A DNA stretch of 60,541 nt, filler included, from Circinaria calcarea (taxonomy: Eukaryota), in NCBI GenBank assembly GCA_051942165.1. It is 15 parts of 15 records of this genome, joined end to end, with 100 filler letters (N's around TTAATTAATTAA, not from the genome) between each part and the next. Parts side by side here need not be neighbours in the genome. Positions count along the whole stretch, not along the records: positions 1 to 3,960 come from JAVECS010002535.1; positions 4,061 to 8,014 come from JAVECS010002536.1; positions 8,115 to 12,064 come from JAVECS010002537.1; 12 more parts are not named here. One strand, 5' to 3'. Positions 1-10,056 of the stretch are shown here, piece by piece. Under the pieces are notes generated by a model. The model saw only the letters and a program-made list of their open reading frames with translations. It did not search any database and was not told where the DNA came from. The translations under genes were made by a program, and so were the position numbers. Within the stretch, counting starts at the first letter, position 1, and the number at the start of each line of letters is the position of its first letter.

Positions 1-1
1 T

Positions 2-202
2 GCCGGGGGGGATTTAGAGAAGTTGGAGGAGGAGTTTGAGAAGATGGAGCTTGGGGAGGAAGAGGACGAAGATGACGGGGAGGCCGAGGGCGAAGGTGGG
101 TGGGACATGGGTCCCATCGCCTTCCGCCCGAAGCCGGACGAGAACGAGGATGAGGATGAGGGGGAGGACGACGACGACGATGATGACGACGAGATTTCAT
201 AG
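2..202 (+). CDS. 3' end of an unidentified gene with an Asp/Glu-rich tail (partial)
   Basis: Open frame from position 2 (AGGDLEKLEEEFEKMELGEEEDEDDGE...DDDDDEIS) to TAG at 200-202. Acidic low-complexity sequence with no family motif. Confidence 0.5.
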   Translation, partial: AGGDLEKLEEEFEKMELGEEEDEDDGEAEGEGGWDMGPIAFRPKPDENEDEDEGEDDDDDDDDEIS

Positions 203-272
203 GTACGAGGGGGGGCCGACGGCAATGAGAATTTGGAGTTGGTGGGTTGTTTCTGGACTACTGGATCCCATC

Positions 273-3000
273 TGCTGCTGCCCCTTTATGACCTGGTGAC
301 CTCTCCGTATGCACATGTAAGAATTTCCATTACTTCGTAGCTGCCATGGCCCCATGGGCTGAGATTTTGTTGTCCTAGCCCAACTACGTAGCTTTGCCGT
401 CTTTTATCTCTATCCCTTTCTGTCGTGGTGTCTGCCACCTGTGTATACTCTGTTCTCTTACACGCATATATTTTCGTTATCAGCATCTAATCTACTTATT
501 ACTATTGAGAACGAGTACCCTTCTACTTGGTCTAATTGCTTTTATCTGTTTCCCTTGTAGTTTCACGTTTGCAGCTTGATTTACGGGGTTAGTAGATACG
601 TTTATAACCTGGTGACCTCTCCCTATACATATGTAAAAGTGAGTTCTTATCTCTTCCAAATTGTTATAGGCTAGAATTTTTGCTATTCTAGCTAATACAA
701 TCTCTGTTTTTACACCTCTCGATCGTGGTGCTCGCCACCTGCATACATTCCCTGTGATATAAGCACTTCGATTTTATTTGCTGGCTTAATTATTTGACCT
801 CACTTGCTGCTGCCTTTATTAATCTGGTGACCTCCCTATTGGCATATACAAGCGTTCCTATTCTACGTAATTGCTGTGCGTTAGGAACTTAGGACTCTGT
901 CGTCCTAGCCTTATAACTCCATTTCTGCTTCTCTGTTGGAATAGGGATTACCGAGTCACGTGTGATGATCTGCGTATTAAGTGAGGTCCAAGCTCGACAA
1001 CCTCCTGCACACCTCATGAAGAGTACTTTTCGCTGCATAGTTCGTTTAGCTAGTCATCTACGTATGTATGCCACTATATACATGCTCCTCTAGGATCGCG
1101 GTGCTCACCACCCCCGTACACCCTCTTTTCCTACCTTTCTACCATTAGAAAACGATACTCTCCTTCGTTATATACCCGAAAGGCTGAAATTGCTGCTCTA
1201 GGCAGACCGAATCCTACATACTTGGTAGCTGCTTCGTGCTCACCCTACCTGAGCAGTCCACACTTTTGTAGCTGAGGAACGTACAGTTTGGTCTGCCGGA
1301 ACAATAGTGCAAGGAGATAAGCACTTCGGTCCCATTTCAGAAACTCAGAGTGCTTGATCTCACTTGCTACTTGCCTTTTTGACCTGGCGACCTCCCTGGA
1401 GGCAAATGTGAGAGCTCTCACTTCGACGTCATTGTCATGATTTACGGGCTAGAACTTATAATTCTAGCCCTGTCTCTTCTATATTCTATTTCTGCTTCTT
1501 TGAATCGTGATGCTAGCTACCTGCATATACTCTCTATTCCTACTATTTATATTAGGAATCGATACTCTCCCCCACCGCATAAGCACTTTGATCTTTGATT
1601 ATGAATTCCAAATACTTGAACCTATTTGCTGCTGCCTTTGTGACCTGGTGGCCTCCCTGTAGGCATACACAAGAGCTCTTATTTTACGTAGTCGTTATAA
1701 AGCTAGGACAACAAGTTCCAGCCCAACTGATTTCCACTATCTTTCATTTCTGCTTTTCTCGACCGTCGTGCTTGCCACCTGCATATTTCCCTCTGTTCTT
1801 CGTACTTTGCTATGGCCTAGAACTGTTGCTTTGCCTCTGACTTTGCTATTTCTCAGATCTACTTCATTAAACCAATATGGAGTTTTGGATTTCCCCTATA
1901 CTTCGTCCTATCAGATATCTACACCCTTGCTACGATTGAGAGCGAGTACCCTCCTCCTTGATATAACTACTTTATTCCTTTCCCTTTCCACGTACTTTTG
2001 AATAACTTGATTTACGGAATGTGATGCTGTTGAGCAGCATGTATATACGGTGGCATGCATGAATTGTTATCTGAGTGCGTAACTCTCTATGTTATGAAAA
2101 TGCTTTTATGGGGTGTGTGTGGAGAGTGTAGAGCATGGACCACGTATTACCCGTAGGTAATACGTGATCCGATAAGCCCTATGACTTCCAACAGATGCAG
2201 TGGCTTCATGACCTGATGGCCTCCCCATAGGCATACGTGAACTTCTCATTCCTTTTATAACTACCATAGGTCAGGGATTGATTATTATGCTTCTTGCATA
2301 AAAACCGCTTTTTCCCCTATGGCTCCATGCCTACTTGTAGTTATGCATTTTCAATCTTGTGATATACAACACCTCCGCACGGTTCATGATTCCTGTGCGC
2401 ATATCAGTAAATTTCTTTAGACCTCCTGCCATAAAGAAAGGGGGAGCACACCCTCCTCCTTTCCACAACCCGCTTCAATCTCTTTCGTCTTCGAACTTTA
2501 CGTCTAGCCACCTGGGGCGATGTAATGTGACATGATGCAGTTGCGTTTTTATAACCTAGTACCCTCTGCGTTCGCATACACAAATGTCCTCATCCTTCAC
2601 GATTACTGAAGCTTCGACTGATCGCACTGCCAGAGCCTCCGCACAGAATTACTAAATTCCCTCGCCTTCCACGGCTGCTTCTTTCCTTATGCCTACTGGA
2701 TTTATTGCATATCCCCCAACGTCCGGTTCGGTATTTCCTTTGGGATATACATATATCGCTGACTAATAATTAAATTATCTATGCATATGCCTATATTTGA
2801 AAAAGAAACCTTGTTTAAATGCTATTTTTTCTTAATCTAATGCTATAAAGAAGGGAGGACCTTCCTTCTTGATATAACTGCTTTCGTTTCTTCTCTTCTT
2901 GTGTCATTTGACGAATAGATCTACAGGATGTAATGCGTTGTCTTTTTTAAACCTGGTAATACCCTTCGTGTGCGTACGCAAGAGTGTTTTTCTTCTTTCG
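273..3000. repeat. Diverged non-coding tandem repeat array (about 8 units, 215-570 bp spacing)
   Basis: Anchor motif ACCTGGTGACCTC and variants at 291, 607, 822, 1382, 1643, 2211, 2554, 2951. Co-linear sub-motifs recur in several units: TGCTGCTGCC just upstream, a GCTAG..CTAGC hairpin, CGTGGTGCTCGCCACCTGCATA and ATAAGCACTT. Confidence 0.85.
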
Positions 3001-3201
3001 TAGTTTTTATAATTTGGCACTTGTCGCCTTGCCCTTGCACAAAACTACCGCTTCTCACCCCTATCTTTTTTACGGCTGTGATGCTTTCCTTCAAGATGTG
3101 ATGTAGTGGCAACGAAAATTCCATTTGATCAATAGAGCAGACGATCTAATGATGAAAACAAAGGAGGCGTCAAGGGCTTATGTACTCCGAGTGTGCCAAT
3201 G

Positions 3202-3960
3202 TCATGATCCTTTCCCCGTCCCTCCGTGCTCCATTAACTCTACGCCCATCCTGACAACTCCCACAACCCCCCCAGTCTGAACCACTTCCCCACCTCCTCC
3301 ACTCAGTCTATATTCGATTTCTGCTAGACCTTCCAGCCACGTGACTCGTGTCTGTGGTGGGACTTCCAGCTTTCCGAGTTCCTCGCCGAGGGCAGTGATT
3401 ATGTCCGCGAGCGCAAGGCCTTTGTTTACTTTTAGAGCGTTGATGGTATTGAGACAAGATGTTATTTCGGAGGTGGTGAGGAGGGTGGTGAGAATAATCT
3501 GAATATCGGATGGATGAGGAGCGGCGATACATTCATAGATAGTGTCGTTTGTAATCATTTCTCGTTCTATCGTTGAGGGGTTGGCCTTTGGTTGGCCTTT
3601 GATGTGAAGGGGAGTGCCTATCAACCGCTGGTCAGAATTGTCAGTCTGTCGACACTGCTACGCGACATACTACTCGCATGACATGCTTGGAGCACATTCA
3701 GTGCCCTTCTCATGTCTCCTTTACTCAGTGTCACCAGACTGTCTACCGCATCCGGCTGAATCTTGACCTCCTCTTTCTCGATGACCTGATCAACTAGCCA
3801 CCGTATATCGGCTACCTTCAGCGGGCTGAATCTGAAGCGCGTACATCGTGACAATAGGGCAGGCGACAATTTGTGTGTATAATTCGCAATAATGCAGAAT
3901 CGGGTGTTAGCAGTGTATTTCTCCATGATGCGTCGCAATGCCATTTGAGCCGTTGAGGTC
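3202..3960 (-). CDS. RFC3: Replication factor C small subunit (yeast Rfc3 / human RFC5 type), 3' part
   Basis: AQMALRRIMEKYTANTRFCIIANY..LSRCTRFRF (SRC motif) and GDMRRALNVLQ. A GT-AG intron at 3618-3670 joins the two ORFs in frame. 5' truncated by the contig end. Confidence 0.92.
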
Positions 3961-4060
3961 NNNNNNNNNNNNNNNNNNNNNNNNNNNNNNNNNNNNNNNN
4001 NNNNTTAATTAATTAANNNNNNNNNNNNNNNNNNNNNNNNNNNNNNNNNNNNNNNNNNNN
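3961..4060. other. Artificial contig linker (first of 14)
   Basis: 44 N + TTAATTAATTAA (stops in all six frames) + 44 N. Identical 100-nt linkers start at 3961, 8015, 12065, 16112, 20158, 24204, 28246, 32287, 36327, 40367, 44405, 48442, 52479 and 56512. Confidence 0.99.
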
Positions 4061-4602
4061 GGGTTAGGGGTGGATGGGGTGAGTGAGGTAGAGGAAGGGG
4101 AATGGTTATGGGGAAGGATTATGATGACAAGGAAAGAGGAAGAGATGTGTACGCCGGCTTTTTTATCGTTTTTCTTTTTGTTTTTTGTTTTTTTTAATAA
4201 AAAAAAGAGAAAGATGAAAAAAGCAATAAAGGATTAGCAAACACAGCCACAGAACCCGCAGGCAAAGTCAAAGCAAGGGGCGTATGATTGGCCATTCGGA
4301 GCCTTACGCATGGGCGTAAAGGGGGTCAAGGCTTTTTCCAACGATTGTAAAGTTCCATGTGGGAAGGAAGGGCTTCTTTCTGTACCGAAACGTGTGTTTT
4401 CTTTTATCCAAACGAACCGTTATCCCAAAAAAAGGCTAGACTGTATCCGAATTCTAGTACAAACCCATATAGCTTTTTACCGATAGTGACTCTTACTCTC
4501 TTTTTCGCGTTAGGATTTCCATCTCCCACACCGCTTATCCAAATCCCCGAAATATCCAGAAAAAAAACCCCCCCGAAATGTATACTTTCGTTACGACTAT
4601 AC

Positions 4603-7600
4603 TCAAATATACTCATCCGCCTCCATTCCCAACCCATTTCCCCCATTCTCCCTCAACACATTCCCCGGTCCTCTCCAGTTTCCATTTGCTGCGCGTCCGG
4701 TAAAAGCCCCATCGTGTCGTCCAGATAGCAACCCGGCCTCAACACCTAGCGCACCGGCCACGACCCGAACAAGCGACTTTACCAAAAGCCATAAGGGGTA
4801 AAGAATAAATCTCAAAGGTGTATCGCACAGAAAACGCCAAACGACTTTCGCCAAGATAAAAGGCGGTCTCGGCATATCAATATCGACGCCATAACCGCGC
4901 ATAGAAGTGGCGTAAAATGGTGGCGTATAAGCATCCCAGGCGATCCACTCTCCGACTATCAATCCCAAAATCAAAAATGTCCACCACCCCATTCGCCTGA
5001 GTCTAGGTAACCGATCTCCACGCCGCCATGTCCAGAGCCGAGGGACGGGAATGCGAACAGGTTGCCATTCGAAATTCCTAATGGGGTTTGTGATGGCACG
5101 GATGTTGAGAGACCCGGGACAGCCACACCGTTCACAGGGCCAGATGAAGTCGTGGAATTCACCTGCTTCGGTACATTCGTTGTTATCAGTCAGGGCACTT
5201 GAGTTTTTGAGGACGGATGTCGTAGAATCAGAGGTAACGAAGCGCTCAAGAGATGCAATGCCCTTTTTAGCATCACGGATTGACCAACCGACTTTGCTGA
5301 GGCGGGAAGTGAGTTCAATGTATGGTTGAAGGTCATCAACATCATTCGAGGTAGAACCAGTGACCAAGTGGTTTGAAGGGGATTCCCGTGGGGGAGAAGA
5401 CAGGCTGTTAGACTGAGGAGGAGTAAGGAGAGCAGATACGTCAGTGTCAGGAACCACGAGCTCTTCTAGGGACTGAATTGTAGATTCATTAAGTAAAAGC
5501 GTATCATCAATTTCTTCTTGAAAGACATCTCGAGTAGAAGGATCTGGTTGTGGAGAACGGTTCTTGACCTTGGTTTTCGCTTTCTCAATAATGTTGGAGA
5601 GCGTGGATTTGGGGAGGACAGGGGCGGTGTCTGCGATCGAAGGTAGTTCAGTCACTTTCGTCGCAGCATTCTGTACAACATCCTTGACACCTAGCATGAC
5701 CATTGCAGCATCAACGCCTTTAGTTAGATACTCCTTGTCATCTAAGATTTCAGGCGTCGGCATGGGAGGCCCCCGACCCCCTGTGGGAAGCGGTGTCTCA
5801 ATCCATGCGCCTGTTACCATGGGTGTTTGGAGGCAAACTTTTTGCTTTTGCTTCTGAGGCGTACTTGCTACATTGGGTTGATCTGGGCCGATTTCCGACT
5901 GATCCTTGACGGTTTGACCATCTTCGCTTGTAGTAATATCAGTCTTCTGTGGATGCTCTGCTGGCTTCGGTAGAGAGGCATCCACCGAGGGACTCTTGAT
6001 TTCATCATCTCGCAGTGTCTTCGCCTGATTATCAGATTTCGGCTGGCGGTCCGATCTCGTAGAACTCGAACTTGGGCTTGGGCTTGCACTCGTGACTCTT
6101 GCCAATTTGCGCAACAAGTCCCTTGAATCCTGTCGCTCATGACTGGGTCGTTGTGGAGGATGGATCGAGAATTCTCCCGAGGCACTGGTCGAGATAGATC
6201 GATTTGCATCGGGTTTCAGTACGAGGATGGGGATAGCCGGTGGAGAGTCCGCATCACCGCTAATAGAAGGCTCCCTGCCAGATGATCTGGAATTTTCTCG
6301 TGAGATGGGCTTTCTCGGTGACTTTGTTGGGGACGTCAGGGTGTTCTGAGCTGTTTCCGATACCTCCAGTATTCTCCCTTGGATTGTAAGCTCATGGATG
6401 CTTGGCGATCGCCTCCTAATGTGCTCCAGTGATCTCTTTTCCTTCAGTTCTCCTAATCTGTTTGTTGTGTGGGCACCCTTCTCGAGACTTTCGATTTCCC
6501 TCTCTCGAATCCGATCTAGGGCAGTGTTCCTGATTCGTATTGGAGGGCTGTCTGAGATTTGTAGTGATCTCGCTGTAAACTCATCTTCGTTTAATTCCCA
6601 CTCCGGGATCTGACCCAACGATGTTCGTCTCCGCGCATCCAGTGCTGACATTGAAGCCCTAGAAGGCCAAGAAGACTTGCTTTCTGTCTGCGAGGATCCA
6701 CTCTCTACTGATGGTAGTGGCACTTCTGCTGCTGCAGCTATCCAATCCACTATAGGTTCTGAAGTTCGTCTCACACTTCGCTCAGGAGTAGTGACGTCTT
6801 GAAGCTGCTGAGTTCGCGGAATATCCCCGGTGAACTTACCAACATTTCTGTCGATTCGATTTAGCCATCGGTTGTCACCTCTTGATTTTCGTGCCCATTC
6901 TTGGGGCACGTTCAATGAAGGATCGGATCCTTTACTACTGACACTAGGTGATCCAAGAATAGCACTTCGGGATTGAGAGCCAGCATCCTTTCGTTGCAGA
7001 TTCTCAACCGTCAGGCCCACCGGGTGTCGTAAACCGGCTTTCCTGAAAGGTTGAGCATCTTCTCCCAAAGCATCCTTGACTCTCTGTTCATCTCTGGCGT
7101 GCTTCGCCAGAGATCTATTGAAAGTATTGTCCATGGCATCTGACAGAAATGAAAGGCTAGAAGTATGTTCCGAGTCATGTGTACTGTTACTCTCCTCCAC
7201 GGCCATATCTTGCTCCGGAGCTAACTCTATATTCTTCTCAATGGACTCCCTCCTCGAAGCCTTCCACGATATTGGGGGCCCTGAGTCCTTAAGACTCTGC
7301 AAGCGCTTTTCATCCATATCCATATGTTGATCTAAGGGCAAATCACCGTTCATGAAGCTCAGTTCTTCAGTATACTCGCCTTCCTGTCCAGCAAGAAGTT
7401 CCTCATCATCGATACGCTGATAAGCTTCTGCCAGACCGCGGGGCGGTGATGATGCTGAGGATGACGGTGAGACTATTGAGTTTTTTCTATCTCGAGACGG
7501 ACTTGGCGTCGCCGACTCTGCATGCCCTGGTGTTGGCCTCTTAGCAGACTTTTTTGGTGTGTCTCGCGTAGTTGGTGGTGTTGCACGAGGCTGCCTCCGG

Positions 7601-7920
7601 CTAGAGGGTGAGGGAGAAGGTGACTGATTCGCGTCAGTCACTTTTGCCGTCGCTCTGAACGCTGCAGCCAGGTTCCTTCCGCTGCCCACTGCGGGCTTCG
7701 GCTTTGCAACCGAAGTCCGACGAGTAACATTTTTCGTAGGGCTTGGAGTGGGAATGTAGGATGTGTTGAGGCTCTCGGTGAAAAATTCGGCGCGCTGCTG
7801 CTCATTGCGCGGGAGTCGCCTTGAAGCAAACAGAGGTCGATCGCGATTGGCAAGGGAGGTTCGCGCATTGAGAGGTTGCTTTGGCTTCTTCCGCTCTTTC
7901 TCGGGGCTCTCAGTAGCCAT
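4603..7920 (-). CDS. Uncharacterised Ser/Pro/Arg-rich protein (1105 aa) with C-terminal Cys motif and hydrophobic segments
   Basis: Uninterrupted 3.3-kb ORF, mostly low-complexity. CTEAGEFHDFIWPCERCGC is followed by the putative TM segment WWTFLILGLIVGEWIAW. Confidence 0.85.
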   Translation of the reverse strand: MATESPEKERKKPKQPLNARTSLANRDRPLFASRRLPRNEQQRAEFFTESLNTSYIPTPSPTKNVTRRTSVAKPKPAVGSGRNLAAAFRATAKVTDANQSPSPSPSSRRQPRATPPTTRDTPKKSAKRPTPGHAESATPSPSRDRKNSIVSPSSSASSPPRGLAEAYQRIDDEELLAGQEGEYTEELSFMNGDLPLDQHMDMDEKRLQSLKDSGPPISWKASRRESIEKNIELAPEQDMAVEESNSTHDSEHTSSLSFLSDAMDNTFNRSLAKHARDEQRVKDALGEDAQPFRKAGLRHPVGLTVENLQRKDAGSQSRSAILGSPSVSSKGSDPSLNVPQEWARKSRGDNRWLNRIDRNVGKFTGDIPRTQQLQDVTTPERSVRRTSEPIVDWIAAAAEVPLPSVESGSSQTESKSSWPSRASMSALDARRRTSLGQIPEWELNEDEFTARSLQISDSPPIRIRNTALDRIREREIESLEKGAHTTNRLGELKEKRSLEHIRRRSPSIHELTIQGRILEVSETAQNTLTSPTKSPRKPISRENSRSSGREPSISGDADSPPAIPILVLKPDANRSISTSASGEFSIHPPQRPSHERQDSRDLLRKLARVTSASPSPSSSSTRSDRQPKSDNQAKTLRDDEIKSPSVDASLPKPAEHPQKTDITTSEDGQTVKDQSEIGPDQPNVASTPQKQKQKVCLQTPMVTGAWIETPLPTGGRGPPMPTPEILDDKEYLTKGVDAAMVMLGVKDVVQNAATKVTELPSIADTAPVLPKSTLSNIIEKAKTKVKNRSPQPDPSTRDVFQEEIDDTLLLNESTIQSLEELVVPDTDVSALLTPPQSNSLSSPPRESPSNHLVTGSTSNDVDDLQPYIELTSRLSKVGWSIRDAKKGIASLERFVTSDSTTSVLKNSSALTDNNECTEAGEFHDFIWPCERCGCPGSLNIRAITNPIRNFEWQPVRIPVPRLWTWRRGDRLPRLRRMGWWTFLILGLIVGEWIAWDAYTPPFYATSMRGYGVDIDMPRPPFILAKVVWRFLCDTPLRFILYPLWLLVKSLVRVVAGALGVEAGLLSGRHDGAFTGRAANGNWRGPGNVLRENGGNGLGMEADEYI

Positions 7921-10056
7921 TGCGAAGCATAAAGTTATTTGAGCAAAGGATACTGGCCTTTAAAGAAAATGCTGGCGGTTGAAACATGTTCAAATGTGGG
8001 CGCGCACGCGTTTANNNNNNNNNNNNNNNNNNNNNNNNNNNNNNNNNNNNNNNNNNNNTTAATTAATTAANNNNNNNNNNNNNNNNNNNNNNNNNNNNNN
8101 NNNNNNNNNNNNNNCGTACGGGCAGTGTGGTTTAATGCCTGGAACCTTGCTTCCAAGTACACGCTAGCATGAATTGATTTATGCCTGTTTTATCCGAGAT
8201 CAGTATCGCTTGGAGTGCTCACCTGAGCAATATTATCGATGACTGTGGCGAGTGCGGTAAGTGAGATGGTTATGGCGGGTAGGTAAGATGCGTAGGTAAA
8301 TAGACACTCATATTTTTTACCCTATTAGAGTGAGTAAATGGGGGAATACGTCGAGAGAAAATGAATGCTGCTCTTGGTATCATAGACTCTGAGATAATCG
8401 GGAGCGGGAAACCTTCTCGGTGCTAGGAAGCGACAGCGTGACGGAGGAGGGAATAAAATAGAAAAGTGATGATCAGGCACTGATAAGACCAAAGGATAAC
8501 ATGGACGGCATGACTAAGAAACTTCCAGTCGAGAGCCCATTAGATAATTTAGTTTTGCAGCCAGAGTAATCCAAAGCAACAGAATTAAGTTTCCTGGCAT
8601 GGTAAATTCACATGTCTCGAAACCGGACTCTCTGCCTGGAGGTTATACTGGATCTGTGCTACTCCTCGTTTTAGGGCAGCTCTTCTGAATGGGGCTAAAG
8701 GAGGATAGCTTGTATGGAGCTATTCAAGATGAACGCTAATGGAAAGGAAATTGATATATAAAGGAACCGGGCAGACGCAATAACTCAGAGAAACTTGTTA
8801 TCCAGGAGTCCCCGTCAAGGGAAGAGGTTCAGGCTCTGAAGCGTGTTGGCTCTTGCTAATTCAATGATGTTGGGATTGATAACTTGATAGTTATCGTGAT
8901 TAGGTATATATTTTATTCCTAAAGAATAGTTGATATTTTATGGACTGAGCAGCATCGCGTAAAAGAGAACTTGGAAGAATGAGCTTGGACATCCTACCAT
9001 ATCGATAGGCATATTGTATGAAGACAGGTGTTGACATGAAAGGAATGAGGATATGTCCAAAAATCAATCGGTGAAGCGAGGAGACTCTTTGCAAGTTTTC
9101 AAATGCAAGGCTCAGAACACGAAAATCGGAGTGTACCTAAGTGAGAGTAGGAACTAGAAGACCGATAAGTTTGCGAACATGATCTCCGTGGGATGTTCCT
9201 CATCCTACATAGTAATATCTGTGGGCGACGACATGTCCATGCCACTGCAAAACGTGGGCCCGCGGAGCTCTGAACGAGGAATACCAGTTGTGGGCGTTGC
9301 CATGGAAGCAGAAAACTCTCATACACCATTTCGTATCTCCTTTGAGAGCAGCCCGCCAAGATCGCCAGTACCCGTAAGGAAGCCGAGAGCTATAGAGCCA
9401 GGTTGTAATAGAAGCCATAATCAGCCCCGGGTTAGGCTGCACATCCATCAAGAACCTTCGTAAGAATAGCGAGGGGTTAGCACTATCGAAAAGACCGTGA
9501 ATTAAATAATACTACCGTTATAAATCTGTAGATTAAGCTCAGGGTTATTATGTAAGGGTCTCTACCCGAGAACCCCTAGGAACCTTACGGGCGAACTATA
9601 TACCAACGGCACGAGATATTAATTTAGCGAGAAGGGTTTTCCTCGCGAAACATTATACTAGAATTCTTTAATAATAGTTTATACGCTATGCGAACCAATT
9701 GAGCACATTATTATATAATTTACCGACCCTTATTCGTAAGATTATTATACTATTCGTAAAGGATCCTTACAGAGGAGTTGAATACTTTGAAAGTAGGTTG
9801 GCTTAGAATAAACGTGCATGTCGACAGTCAGAACATAACAACGAGCGTCCTTAGATGTATATATTAATTTATAAGAAATACTCTACTTTTTGGGATTGTG
9901 TGCATGGTACCAAAATCCGTAAATGATATCCCTCGAGTTCGGTATTGCCTGTCCAATTGGAAATCTGGCGAAGCTCGACTAGGCAATAAATAAGGGCATT
10001 TTGCTGACATTATTGACGACTCCCGATATGCAGGTCTAGCGACTCGAAATCGAAAT

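Noticed and set aside
36..3124. Short ORFs of 60-87 aa in and around the first repeat array
   Set aside because: No consistent frame between repeat units, no recognisable motifs and no splice pattern linking them.
4005..4016. Periodic TTAATTAATTAA every ~4.04 kb as a biological repeat
   Set aside because: Always centred in 88 N. It is a six-frame stop linker, and the periodicity comes from size sorting.
4061..4070. Telomere repeat GGGTTAGGG at a contig start
   Set aside because: Only one TTAGGG unit, with no tandem array.
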